Position numbers and translations under genes: made by a program
The notes under the pieces: generated by a model
Databases searched by the model: none
The model's input: the letters and a program-made list of their open reading frames with translations, nothing else
What the model was told of the DNA's origin: nothing
Origin: an uncultured Candidatus Saccharibacteria bacterium
GTDB taxonomy: Bacteria > Patescibacteriota > WWE3 > UBA101185 > UBA10185
Assembly (NCBI GenBank): GCA_964643995.1
Contig: CAZXUJ010000001.1
Span: 337,492-401,491, forward strand
DNA: 64,000 bases
Direction of reading: 5' to 3'
Shown here: piece after piece, positions 54,541 to 64,000 of the stretch
Position numbering within the stretch: the stretch's first letter is position 1
Layout: each line of letters starts with the position of its first letter

Positions 54541-56220
54541 ATGAGATACTCCAAACTTTTCGGCAAAACAGTCAAACAAGCAAAAAAAGACATGTCTGCA
54601 ACTTCACACAAGTTGTTGTATCAAGGTGGATTTATAAGAGAAAGTGTTGCCGGCAGATATTACATGCTGCCTCTCGGAATGCGAGTGCGCAATAAAATTA
54701 TTGGGATTATACGTGAAGAAATGGATAAAACTGGCGCACAAGAAATGTTATCCCCAGTACTCCACCCTCTTGAATTATGGAAAGAAACCAATCGAACTAA
54801 TACAGCAGGCTTTGAGCTCATGGTTGTAGCTGACAGGCGCGGTGGTGAATTTGCCTTAGGCGGAACAGGAGAGGAAATGTTCGTTGATGCAGTACGCGGA
54901 TTTACACTGTCTTATAAGGATCTTCCTATAAATATCTACCAGGTATCTTCAAAGTTTCGTGATGAGATTAGAGTCAAGGGCGGTTTGATGAGAACACGTG
55001 AATTTACCATGAAAGATGCTTATTCCTTTCACACTGACGAGGAAGAATTCAAAACAGAGTATGCCGTAATGGCTAGCACTTACACCCAAATTTTTAAAAG
55101 ATTAGGACTCGCTACAACTATGGTTCTTGCAGACAATGGCTACATCGGAGGCGAATACTGTCATGAGTTTGTAGTTGAGAATGATGCAGGGGAAAGCAGA
55201 TATTTTGTAAGTGAGGATGGTAAATATATTGCACATGAAGATGTCGCCGAATTTATACGTAATGAAGTAAATGTTGATGATGAGATTTTAGACTTAGAGA
55301 CTATTGAGCAACCTGAATGGGTTCAAACTATGGAGCATAACGAAAAGCATTACAAACTACCTGCGAGCAGATTTTTAAAGAATGTTGTTTATAAAAACCG
55401 AGTAACAAACGAGATAATTATTGCCGTGATAAGAGGCGACCTTGAGATCAACAAAACAAAACTTGAGCATGTTCTTGATGCAGTAGGACAGCTCGATGAC
55501 GCTACGGACGAAGACCTACAAAAACTAGATACAAAAACAGGTTATGTTCATTCATGGGGGCATACTGCTAGATATATCGGAGATGTTTCATTAAAGACAG
55601 TGAAAAACTTTATTGGGGGACAAAAAGAAGAAAAAACCGACACTCGAAACGTTAACTATGGAAGAGATTTTTCATGTGAGATTTTAGCAGATATTGCCTT
55701 GGCAAAAGACGGTTTTACTGCACCAAACGGCAGCAAACTGATCGAGAAAAAGGGTATTGAGGTCGGAAATATTTTCCAGCTTGGACTTCATTACTCAACA
55801 AAAATGGCAAATGCTGTCTTCACTTCTCAAGAAGGCACAGAAGTCCCTTACTATATGGGTTGTTACGGAATCGGTATCGAACGAACACTAGCAACAATAG
55901 TTGAAAATCATAGTGATGAGCGAGGGATAATTTGGCCTGAAAACGTAGCACCGTTTAAAGTGCACTTAATTGGACTTAATCTTGAAGATGAGCAAATCCG
56001 TAGCAAGGCCGAAGAAATATATAACCAACTTACCAAACAAGGCGTAGAAGTGTTGTTTGATGACCGCTTTGAAAGTTCAGCAGGTGAAAAGTTTGCGGAT
56101 GCTGATCTTATCGGATGTCCTTATAGAGTGGTGGTCTCAAAAAAAACAGGAGATCAAGTCGAAGTTAAAAAACGAAATGAAAAAGAAGCTAAATTAGTAG
56201 ACCTAGCCAATATCTTCTAG
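54541..56220 (+). CDS. proS: Prolyl-tRNA synthetase (bacterial type with insertion domain)
   Basis: N-terminal KLLYQGGFIRESVAGRYYMLPLGMRV..., class II motifs (FRDEIRVKGGLMRTREFTMKDAYSF), and a C-terminal anticodon-binding domain. Confidence 0.85.
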   Translation: MRYSKLFGKTVKQAKKDMSATSHKLLYQGGFIRESVAGRYYMLPLGMRVRNKIIGIIREEMDKTGAQEMLSPVLHPLELWKETNRTNTAGFELMVVADRRGGEFALGGTGEEMFVDAVRGFTLSYKDLPINIYQVSSKFRDEIRVKGGLMRTREFTMKDAYSFHTDEEEFKTEYAVMASTYTQIFKRLGLATTMVLADNGYIGGEYCHEFVVENDAGESRYFVSEDGKYIAHEDVAEFIRNEVNVDDEILDLETIEQPEWVQTMEHNEKHYKLPASRFLKNVVYKNRVTNEIIIAVIRGDLEINKTKLEHVLDAVGQLDDATDEDLQKLDTKTGYVHSWGHTARYIGDVSLKTVKNFIGGQKEEKTDTRNVNYGRDFSCEILADIALAKDGFTAPNGSKLIEKKGIEVGNIFQLGLHYSTKMANAVFTSQEGTEVPYYMGCYGIGIERTLATIVENHSDERGIIWPENVAPFKVHLIGLNLEDEQIRSKAEEIYNQLTKQGVEVLFDDRFESSAGEKFADADLIGCPYRVVVSKKTGDQVEVKKRNEKEAKLVDLANIF

Positions 56221-56661
56221 ATCCTCAATATATTGCAAAATATCCGGAATGTAACAGTCTCTTAAATAATCAAGTTCAATTCCGACAATTTTCTGAGGCG
56301 TGAGTTTTTTACCTTTCCAAATTTCTTCTTGCCACTTTTTTGCTGGGAAAAGGATGAGTGTCTCAAGCACTTTATCCCCTGTAAAAACCAAATCCTCATA
56401 AAGCTCGTCCCAACTGTTTTCAGCATAGTTTATGGCATCATCCTCTTCGTATGGATCTTCCCACGGAATTTCTTTACCCTCTTTGAAATCATCCAAAACC
56501 GCCACCATAAAAATCTCAGCCAATAAAATACGCTTCATTAATTGTGTGATCGTAAATCCATCAAATAGTTGCTCTTCGATTTTTTCAACCGGAAATAGCT
56601 CCAACAATTCTAGAAATTGTGCATATGTAGTTTTGTAGTCTTCAATTAATTCTTCGATCAT
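56203..56661 (-). CDS. Hypothetical acidic protein
   Basis: 152-aa ORF translationally coupled downstream of tsaD; no family recognised. Confidence 0.4.
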   Translation of the reverse strand: MIEELIEDYKTTYAQFLELLELFPVEKIEEQLFDGFTITQLMKRILLAEIFMVAVLDDFKEGKEIPWEDPYEEDDAINYAENSWDELYEDLVFTGDKVLETLILFPAKKWQEEIWKGKKLTPQKIVGIELDYLRDCYIPDILQYIEDLEDIG

Positions 56662-57692
56662 AATTCACTATCAATAGAAACATTCGAATCAGCTTGTATG
56701 TCCGCGAGCTCCCTTTGGATTGGGTTAAAATATCCAGCAGATGCGATATAAATAGCATTATCTCCACACAGCCTCAAAGGTGGAATATACACTTTAATAC
56801 TAATTTCGTCAGCAACAGCCTGCAAACGTGTACGAAGCTGAGTGTTTGCTGCAACACCACCACCAAGCAAAATGCTTTTTACTTGATATTTTTGCGCAGC
56901 TTTAATTGTTTTAGCCACCAACACGTCAACAACAGCATTTTCAAACTCACATGCTACAGCCTCGACAGGAGGGTTTTCAGTTTCAACTAATCTGCGAACG
57001 GCGGTTTTCAAACCAGAAAAAGAAAAATCGAAATCATCATCATTTATTTTTGGACGAGGTAGTCGATGTAACAAGGTATTTTCGGTACATCTTGCAGCAT
57101 ATTCAGAAATCTTTGGACCACCAAGCTTATATTTACTTATTCCCAAAAGTCTTGCAGTCTTATCAAAAGCTTCACCAGCAGCATCATCGACCGTACCACC
57201 AAGATATTCTAGATTTCCATGACCATGCATTAAAACCAAATCAGTATGACCACCACTAACTACCAGAACCAAAGCCGGAAATTCTATCTGATCTTCTTGT
57301 CCAACAAAATTCGCATAAATATGTCCTACCAAATGGTTTACAGGAATTAAAGTTTTGTCCCATGCGAAAGCCAACGCCTTAGCAGCATCAACCCCGATAA
57401 GCAATGATCCGATTAAACCTGGGCCTACAGTAACAGCTATAGCATCAATATCGTCCCTAGACATATTTGCCTTTTCGAGTGTTTGGGAGATTACAGGCAA
57501 GATATATTCTACTTGCTTGCGGGCGGCAACTTCGGGGACTATGCCACCAGTTTTTTCATGAAATTCACGAGAGGTAGCTAAAACGTCTGAAATTTCGTAG
57601 ACACCATCTCTAACAAGAGCGGCTGCCGTTTCATCACATGATGTTTCTATTCCTAGTATGACCATAGTTTGAATTGTACTACAATAAGGCAA
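56658..57692 (-). CDS. tsaD: tRNA N6-adenosine threonylcarbamoyltransferase TsaD (Kae1/Gcp)
   Basis: ILGIETSCDETAAAL N-terminus, HxxGH metal-binding motif (NHLVGHIYA) and SGGVAAN. Confidence 0.85.
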   Translation of the reverse strand: MPYCSTIQTMVILGIETSCDETAAALVRDGVYEISDVLATSREFHEKTGGIVPEVAARKQVEYILPVISQTLEKANMSRDDIDAIAVTVGPGLIGSLLIGVDAAKALAFAWDKTLIPVNHLVGHIYANFVGQEDQIEFPALVLVVSGGHTDLVLMHGHGNLEYLGGTVDDAAGEAFDKTARLLGISKYKLGGPKISEYAARCTENTLLHRLPRPKINDDDFDFSFSGLKTAVRRLVETENPPVEAVACEFENAVVDVLVAKTIKAAQKYQVKSILLGGGVAANTQLRTRLQAVADEISIKVYIPPLRLCGDNAIYIASAGYFNPIQRELADIQADSNVSIDSEL

Positions 57693-58489
57693 TGCTTATT
57701 GACTCTCATTGCCATCTTCCTGACGACTTTAAGTTAATAGATCAAATTCTTGAGAATGCCCTACAAAACGATGTTAATTATGTTGTGAACATTGGGACGG
57801 ATTTGGAGGAAAATGAAAAGGTAATGAAAACTTCGACCGCTTTTGAAAATGTTTTTGGTGTTATAGGAATTTATCCTCATAGCCACAGAGACAAACCAAT
57901 AGACAGTTTGATTGTTGAGCTAGAAAAACAACTACAATCCAAACCCGCTCGCATAGTTGCAATAGGCGAATGTGGGATAGATATTACAGCATGGGAACAA
58001 CAACGACCGGTACCGGATCAAATCCAACTTTTTGAGCAGCAACTAGAGCTTGCGAAAAAATACGCACTGCCTGTGGTAATACACAATCGCAACGGTAATG
58101 AGCAGGTTTTTAATGCACTCAAAAAGCATGAGGGAAGCGTAACCGGCGTCGCACATTGTTTTGACGATGATTGGGAAACTGCAAAAAGGTACTTAGATCT
58201 TAATTTTTTTATATCTTTTTCTGGTTTCATAACTTACAACAGTAAAAAACACCTGCTTGATGTCGTGCGCAATGTGCCTGACGATAAATTTGTGATAGAG
58301 ACTGACGCACCATATATTTTGCCTAAGGGCATAACTGAGAAGCCAAATGAACCCAAAAATGTTAAAATGGTGGCTAGGAAAATAGCTGAAGTAAAGCAAA
58401 AATCGTACGAAGAGATAAGCGATTTATCAGTTAAAAATACTTTGCGGCTATTTACAACAATGAAATTAAATTATGACACCGAAAAATGA
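57692..58489 (+). CDS. TatD family metal-dependent hydrolase
   Basis: MLIDSHCHL N-terminus, ...IGECGID..., and CFDDDWETAKRY (His/Asp metal ligands). Confidence 0.8.
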   Translation: MLIDSHCHLPDDFKLIDQILENALQNDVNYVVNIGTDLEENEKVMKTSTAFENVFGVIGIYPHSHRDKPIDSLIVELEKQLQSKPARIVAIGECGIDITAWEQQRPVPDQIQLFEQQLELAKKYALPVVIHNRNGNEQVFNALKKHEGSVTGVAHCFDDDWETAKRYLDLNFFISFSGFITYNSKKHLLDVVRNVPDDKFVIETDAPYILPKGITEKPNEPKNVKMVARKIAEVKQKSYEEISDLSVKNTLRLFTTMKLNYDTEK

Positions 58490-60035
58490 TCGCATTGTTA
58501 GTCGAATATTTGAGATACTTCCCGGCTTATTTAGCTGGGGGTTTATGTTGTCACCTGTTTGGTTGGGGCTTTTGTATCCTCCAGCTATTATTTATCTTTT
58601 ATCGTTTTTAACTATCTATTGGTGCTACATGGCAATTAAACAAACTTTAGGTTTGATGCTTGGCTATCCACAATATCAAAAGGAAATCGCTATGGATTGG
58701 TGGCAAGAATGTAAAAATCTTGATTACGATACTTTACCTGACAAAAGTACTTTACCTACTTCTTTAGAAGAAATTAAACATTTTATAGTTATCCCTTGTG
58801 TTAACGAACCGGAAGAAGTGTTAAGACCGGCGCTCGAAGCTATCATGAACCAATCAATGCCTCTTAATCATGTTTGTTTGGTTTATTCTATTGAAGAAAG
58901 GTTTGGGGATCAGGTTGAAAAAACCATTAGACATATTATTGGCGACAAAATTAACGAGTTTAATAAAGTTTTAATCTTTAGACATCCTGCAGGTATCGAA
59001 GGCGAGGCAATCGGCTCAGGTGGCGGAAACAGAACTTGGGGAGCAAGACATGCTGTAGAGATTTTGCGCCAAGAAAAAGCAATAATTAAAGATTATATTT
59101 TCACAAGTTTAGATGCCGACCACGTTTTACACAAAGAATATTTAGCTCGCTTAACTTACGCGTATCTACAAGAACCTGATAGAAACAATAAGTTTATAGC
59201 TACGGCTGTACATTTGTTTAACAATAATCACTGGACAGTACCTTCGATGGCGCGCATCGAGGCGAATTTTGTAACTATGGGAACGTTGGCAAATCGAAGT
59301 GTTTTTTGGGCAAAAAGTTCATTAACTGCAGACACCTTCGCAGCATTTTCAAACTCGTTACAAACTTTAATTGATGCAGATTTTTGGGATGTGGCCTCTG
59401 GGGCTGACGATACAACATATTTTTGGCGAGCATTTTTTGCACGTAATGGCTACTTTAGGGCAGTAAAACACTACATACCTTACTCAGCAGACGCTGTGGA
59501 AGGCGCAACATTTTACAAAGCCCACAAGAGCTTATATAAACAGTTACTTCGATGGGGCTGGGGGGTTGTTGAAATTCCAATATCATTAAAAGGCTTTATA
59601 AAAAACAAAAAAGTACCTTTAACACTAAAGTTGCTTTGGATTTACGATCATCTTAAAACCAGAGTGTTTATGATCAACATAGTATTTTTGATAACTTTTG
59701 GTTTTGGACTTCTTACACTTGTAAACCCAAATGTTAAGCAAAGTAGCTTTGCATATCTGCTACCTGACATTATGAGCATTATTTTGACTGTGACACTTAT
59801 TTTCTTAGTACCAGCCGCATATTACAGGTCAAAGCTTACACCAGACATTCCGAAAAACTGGCCATTTTGGAAAAAAACCTTGATATTCGCAGAAGGTTTC
59901 GTGGTTATCATTAATCTGTTAACGTTTTCATTTTTCCCATTAATCGAGGCACAAACTAGACTTATGTTTGGTAAAAAAATGAAAGACGTTTATTTCACGC
60001 CTAAAATGAGGACTAGTGGTAGCAGAACAAAATGA
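58473..60035 (+). CDS. Processive family-2 glycosyltransferase (cellulose/chitin-synthase-like) with flanking TM helices
   Basis: DAD-like SLDADHV and Q..RW motif (KQLLRWGWG); N- and C-terminal TM helices. Confidence 0.6.
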   Translation: MTPKNDRIVSRIFEILPGLFSWGFMLSPVWLGLLYPPAIIYLLSFLTIYWCYMAIKQTLGLMLGYPQYQKEIAMDWWQECKNLDYDTLPDKSTLPTSLEEIKHFIVIPCVNEPEEVLRPALEAIMNQSMPLNHVCLVYSIEERFGDQVEKTIRHIIGDKINEFNKVLIFRHPAGIEGEAIGSGGGNRTWGARHAVEILRQEKAIIKDYIFTSLDADHVLHKEYLARLTYAYLQEPDRNNKFIATAVHLFNNNHWTVPSMARIEANFVTMGTLANRSVFWAKSSLTADTFAAFSNSLQTLIDADFWDVASGADDTTYFWRAFFARNGYFRAVKHYIPYSADAVEGATFYKAHKSLYKQLLRWGWGVVEIPISLKGFIKNKKVPLTLKLLWIYDHLKTRVFMINIVFLITFGFGLLTLVNPNVKQSSFAYLLPDIMSIILTVTLIFLVPAAYYRSKLTPDIPKNWPFWKKTLIFAEGFVVIINLLTFSFFPLIEAQTRLMFGKKMKDVYFTPKMRTSGSRTK

Positions 60036-61564
60036 TTTTTCCTATAGAGAATACTAACGGAATAGGTAAAAAGATTCTTTACTGGTACGGTAAAAACTGG
60101 GTAAGATCATTGCTGGTAAGTTTGCTTTTGGCCTTATTGCAACTTACTTACCTTTTGTTACGCTACAAGTATATTAACGATCAAGTTCCTTTTTTTTATA
60201 CAAAACCTTGGGGGGACTATCAACTAGGTAACAAAGAATACTTATTTGCATTGCCTACCATTTCGGTGTTAATCACAGTAGGGTGCCTGTTGTTCTATAG
60301 GAAAGCAAAAGAATTTTATTGGCAGTTGATGGATAAGTTGTTGCTGCTGATCCCAATAGGCATAAACACTGTTATTGGGCTTTCTTTGATTAGAATTATT
60401 TTTAACGCCTCTAGTCCATTTAAGCCACTAGTTAATCCACAGTACCTTTCGCTAATACCCTCTTTCATTACTGCATTTGTACTAACCTTAGCTTTTACGC
60501 CAAGATTTATAGAATATTTTAACCGCAAAAATATTGTCACTAACCCCAAGGTGCATGCCCACCCTAGTATGATTCTCACAAGGCCTTCGGCAAGGGGCGG
60601 AGGTCTGGTTTTTGCAATATTTTTGATAATCACATCTGCTTTATTTGTCGGATTTTCCAGATACAGCATGGCCATTTATATCTCGATAGCCTTGGTAGCA
60701 CTACTTGGGATTATGGATGACTATCAAAACACCAACCCAAAATCGGTATTAAGATTTTTAGAAAACCCTATGATTAGACTTGCAGGGCTGTTTTGTATTG
60801 TGGCAATACCAATATATATGGGGATACGTATAAACTTTATAAACAACCCATTTAGTGGAATCTTTGATATTTTGCAGTATCAAGTCACAATTGCAGGAAC
60901 TACTATTCCTTGGCTTTCAATAATAGTGACAGCTTTATGGATGGTTTGGGTTATGAACGTATTATCATGGTCAAATGGCGTAGACGGACAATACGGTGGA
61001 ATTGTTGGCATAGCTTGTATCGTGATTGCAATACTCTCATTCAGATTTGATCTGCTCAAAGACATTCACATTGAAACAGCCAAAATTGTCGCCGCAGGAG
61101 CCGGGGCTGCAATTGGACTAACACACTTCAACTGGTACCCATCAAAAATTATGTGGGGTTTCGGAGCAATGGCAGCAGGACTTTTAATATCAATGACCTC
61201 TATCACAATTGGCGCCAAAATCGCCACCTCAACACTGATAATTCTTATTCCATTTTTAGACGCTGTTTTTATATTCATACGAAGACTAGCCCAGAAGAAA
61301 AACCCACTTAAAGGCGATCGTGGACACCTGCATCATTTACTACTAGATAGAGGCTGGGGTGTAAGAAGAATTGCAGCATTTTATTGGGTAACCACAGCTT
61401 TCTTTGGCATAATTGGAATCATTACAGCTGGTCAAAACGTTGCACAACTATCAATGATGGTGATTGGCGGAGTAGCCTTCATAATCTTGTTGTTAAGATT
61501 TACTGCCCACGAAACATTCAAACAAAAACTTAGAAAAATGATTAAAGTACCGAGTAGAAGATAA
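60032..61564 (+). CDS. Polytopic membrane protein, MraY/WecA-like (GT4 phospho-sugar transferase family) candidate
   Basis: 510 aa with 11 or more TM helices; a LGIMDDYQN aspartate-rich cytoplasmic loop and later glycine-rich loops. Family assignment is tentative. Confidence 0.4.
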   Translation: MIFPIENTNGIGKKILYWYGKNWVRSLLVSLLLALLQLTYLLLRYKYINDQVPFFYTKPWGDYQLGNKEYLFALPTISVLITVGCLLFYRKAKEFYWQLMDKLLLLIPIGINTVIGLSLIRIIFNASSPFKPLVNPQYLSLIPSFITAFVLTLAFTPRFIEYFNRKNIVTNPKVHAHPSMILTRPSARGGGLVFAIFLIITSALFVGFSRYSMAIYISIALVALLGIMDDYQNTNPKSVLRFLENPMIRLAGLFCIVAIPIYMGIRINFINNPFSGIFDILQYQVTIAGTTIPWLSIIVTALWMVWVMNVLSWSNGVDGQYGGIVGIACIVIAILSFRFDLLKDIHIETAKIVAAGAGAAIGLTHFNWYPSKIMWGFGAMAAGLLISMTSITIGAKIATSTLIILIPFLDAVFIFIRRLAQKKNPLKGDRGHLHHLLLDRGWGVRRIAAFYWVTTAFFGIIGIITAGQNVAQLSMMVIGGVAFIILLLRFTAHETFKQKLRKMIKVPSRR

Positions 61565-62015
61565 CCAAAGAAGAAACAGCAATTATAAAAATTTGAGTTA
61601 AAATTCCCCAAGGAAGAGGAGCTTGAAACTGCATCCTACTCTGCAAACGACTCAAAGGAACCAAAAACCAAGGCTCCTTCTTAGCAAAGATATGAGGAGC
61701 TTCTAACGCATCAGGCAAAACCGAAGCAATACCACACAAAAAAACATTAAGAGCCAAACTGGAATCGTTTAAATACCACAAAGAATAATAAGTAGCTGTC
61801 AAACCCAAAGCAACACCAGCAACAAGATCAGCCATCACTGCAACAGGACGCCAACCTTCGCGACGTTGCTCTTTAGTTGTGTTGGAATAAAAATCCCAAT
61901 GAGGAACCTTATCACCTAGAAAATGCATAACAAAAGATAAAGGAACCGCAAGAAAAGGGTTTGAAATAGAAGTACCTATTGCTAAACCTACAAAAACGTG
62001 TGGCGTGAGTAGCAT
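61542..62015 (-). CDS. Membrane-bound metal-dependent hydrolase-like protein (DUF457/YdjM-like) candidate
   Basis: 157 aa, hydrophobic helices, His-rich loop HFLGDKVPHWD. Confidence 0.35.
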   Translation of the reverse strand: MLLTPHVFVGLAIGTSISNPFLAVPLSFVMHFLGDKVPHWDFYSNTTKEQRREGWRPVAVMADLVAGVALGLTATYYSLWYLNDSSLALNVFLCGIASVLPDALEAPHIFAKKEPWFLVPLSRLQSRMQFQAPLPWGILTQIFIIAVSSLVIFYSVL

Positions 62016-62125
62016 AAGTACTTATGATTTTAGCATATTAGGAGAAGGGGTTGAAGGAGACTTAAAATATCGCACAAACCTAGTTTAATGAAAATTTCAT
62101 AAGTTGCTTATAAAATTATGGTGTT

Positions 62126-62806
62126 ATGAAAAATACCAAACCTCATGTTTTACTAATCGAAGATGACAACGCACTCTGCCAAACACTAGGCAAGCAACTA
62201 AGTAATGAATATGATATCGATAGAGTTGTAGAAATTAACACAGCCAAAACAATTATAGAGAAAACCACATTCGACCTATTTATAGTTGACCTGATTTTCC
62301 CAGGCCAAAGCACCACTGTGGGAATTGAACTTTGTCATCAGATACGAATGAGGGATAAATCTGCTCCAATAATTGTAATCACAGGTAAGTCGGCTATAAA
62401 TTACAAAATGAGCGCTTTTAAAGCTGGTATAAATGACTATGTGTGTAAACCATTTAATACTTTAGAACTAGGGGCGCGCATGAAGGTATGGCTTAACATG
62501 AATGGGAATATGGAAAAAGTACTAACACATAGGGATATAAGAATTGATCTGGCGATGCATACCGTCACACGTGCGCATAAACCAATTGATTTAAGAAAAA
62601 AAGAATTTGAACTACTAAAGATACTAGTACTCAATAAACAGGCACTACTTACAAGAGATACCATTATGAGGAAGTTAGCTTTGTCCGAAGATATTTTCAG
62701 TAACGTAGTCGATGTTCACATACGAAATCTGCGAAAAAAGATTGATGTGCCGTTTAAATACAAGGTCATAAAAACTGTGCACGGTGTTGGTTATGGGATT
62801 CAGTAA
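62126..62806 (+). CDS. OmpR-family response regulator
   Basis: Receiver domain (LLIEDD ... FDLFIVDL ... K) and C-terminal winged helix (VDVHIRNLRKKID ... TVHGVGYG). Confidence 0.8.
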   Translation: MKNTKPHVLLIEDDNALCQTLGKQLSNEYDIDRVVEINTAKTIIEKTTFDLFIVDLIFPGQSTTVGIELCHQIRMRDKSAPIIVITGKSAINYKMSAFKAGINDYVCKPFNTLELGARMKVWLNMNGNMEKVLTHRDIRIDLAMHTVTRAHKPIDLRKKEFELLKILVLNKQALLTRDTIMRKLALSEDIFSNVVDVHIRNLRKKIDVPFKYKVIKTVHGVGYGIQ

Positions 62807-63515
62807 CACAAAAAATCAAAAAAACGTACGACAAACAGAACTACTCCTGCGTAAAAAACTGGAGGAAGAGTTAAAACGAGTTAGATTCGCAATCTGGGAT
62901 ATCGATAAATTGTACAGACTAGAGCTTTTACAACATGAACTTAAGACACCATTAACTACTCTTACATTGCTTATGGAAAAGATGCAGTACAGCACCAAAA
63001 CAACCAAACAAGACATAAAGTTTGCACAAGATACCTTACATCATATGAAAACAGTGCTTGTAACACAACAAGTAGCAAATGAAACATTTGATCTGATAGA
63101 TACCATCAATGAGTGTATGAAAATATCAAGGATTGAGAGATACGCCATAGATATTATCAGACTCAGGACACTTCCAATGTATGGCAACAGCTGCAAGTTC
63201 CGTCAAATACTAATAAATATACTTAACAACGCAAAGGAAGCAGCTATTACTAATACAGATATAGTACACGTGAGCATAAGACGGAGAAAGGATTGGAGTG
63301 AACTGGAAATTAAAAACGAAGTAACTACTCAAACTTGTCTTCTAAATAAAAGCAATCATATCATAGCAACTAGCCTTAAAACAGAAGCTGAAAACAGAGG
63401 CCTAGGTTTTGCACTATGTAGAAAGATTGCAGAACAAGATTTTTCTGGTACAGTACGCTTGAGGGTACTACCAAATAATACGATTTCTGTAATCCTTAGG
63501 TTTCCAAGAAAGTAA
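62784..63515 (+). CDS. Cytoplasmic sensor histidine kinase (HisKA + HATPase_c)
   Basis: H-box HELKTPLT, N-box ILNNAKEA, G-box ENRGLGFALCRKI; no TM segment. Start may be at 62793. Confidence 0.65.
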   Translation: MLVMGFSNTKNQKNVRQTELLLRKKLEEELKRVRFAIWDIDKLYRLELLQHELKTPLTTLTLLMEKMQYSTKTTKQDIKFAQDTLHHMKTVLVTQQVANETFDLIDTINECMKISRIERYAIDIIRLRTLPMYGNSCKFRQILINILNNAKEAAITNTDIVHVSIRRRKDWSELEIKNEVTTQTCLLNKSNHIIATSLKTEAENRGLGFALCRKIAEQDFSGTVRLRVLPNNTISVILRFPRK

Positions 63516-63541
63516 ACCAATAATGTATAATCAACGAGCAT

Positions 63542-63630
63542 GGAGGGTTGGCAGAGTGGTAATGCAGCGGCTTGCTAAGCCGTCATCGGGTAAAACCGAT
63601 GCGTGGGTTCAAATCCCGCACCCTCCGCCA
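63542..63630 (+). tRNA. tRNA-Ser (anticodon GCU)
   Basis: Acceptor GGAGGGU/ACCCUCC, anticodon loop UUGCUAA, long variable arm (CAUCGG-GUAAAA-CCGAUG), T-loop UUCAAAU, discriminator G, CCA encoded. Confidence 0.85.
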
Positions 63631-64000
63631 TGTTTCAATAAAAACTTCTGGAATAAGTAGCTGATTCCCATAAAGATTGTTAATGCAATAAGTTCAATGC
63701 TTAACATAGTTTCCTATAATTCTCCAAAGCACTCGATTGCCTTTACAATAATCTAGCTTTCTAGTATAAACTATGCTTTCCGACCTTAAGAAATACGATA
63801 CCTGGGATAAGGATATAAGTTTCCTTTAGCGACATCTACCCTTTATACAAATCAGCTGCAATCTCCAAATATATAACCACAAACCTTCGGATATTGGTCT
63901 ACTCCTGTGCAAATTAGCTATTAAAATATATAAAATAAAATCTGTTATCCATGTTTTCAGCTCAGCTCATTTCTGTTTTCTTACGCGCTATGTAAGAGCT

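Noticed and set aside
1-64000. CRISPR arrays, rRNA genes, IS elements or transposases
   Set aside because: No regularly spaced direct repeats were seen, no sequence resembles 16S, 23S or 5S conserved blocks, and no ORF had DDE or HTH transposase signatures. The only recombinase is the serine recombinase at 40711-42006.

Overview
This is a gene-dense, AT-rich chromosomal window with short intergenic regions, frequent start/stop overlaps, a truncated ValRS, and T4SS/T4P genes. These traits suggest a small-genome bacterium, possibly CPR/Patescibacteria-like; that placement is an inference.

The backbone is housekeeping, listed in window order:
- C-terminal fragment of a VirD4/TraD-like coupling protein
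- PilM/FtsA-like ATPase
- RuvX
- Oligoribonuclease
- CsaA-like tRNA-binding protein
- MiaB-MiaA
- AI-2E transporter
- RNase P RNA (rnpB) on the minus strand, missed by the ORF track
- MltG
- FtsE-FtsX-M23 (EnvC-like) module
- VanZ-like protein
- TsaE
- Envelope glycosylation genes
- RDD protein
- NpmA/KamB-like 16S rRNA methyltransferase next to an ABC-F ATPase
- TruB, ValRS, ZIP transporter, MsrA, NUDIX
- Two tRNA-Pro paralogs
- ProRS, TsaD, TatD
- Processive GT2 and GT4-like transferases
- OmpR-type two-component pair
- tRNA-Ser

The most interesting part is an accessory island of about 20 kb, roughly 22.9-43.2 kb, that looks more AT-rich than its surroundings. Its first module is a single co-directional, translationally coupled minus-strand operon: hsdM-hsdS-[unknown 217 aa]-hsdR (Type I R-M), then an unknown 372-aa double zinc-ribbon protein, a Hachiman-like pair (putative DUF1837-like HamA plus SF2 DEAH helicase HamB), and a trailing 194-aa unknown with a PD-(D/E)xK-like motif. 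Its second module is phage-derived: ParB-domain DNA methyltransferase, TerS, TerL, a large serine recombinase and hypotheticals, with no capsid, portal or tail genes. This module abuts the 3' end of tRNA-Pro(GGG).

Other notable signals:
- tRNA-5'-half-like mini-elements repeated upstream of both tRNA-Pro genes, in inverted orientation about 8.6 kb apart.
- A strongly GC-rich ORF next to rnpB.
- A promoter-leader-terminator arrangement immediately upstream of a DUF1232 gene, suggesting an attenuator or riboswitch.
- A structured RNA candidate downstream of terL.

No CRISPR array, rRNA or transposase was seen.
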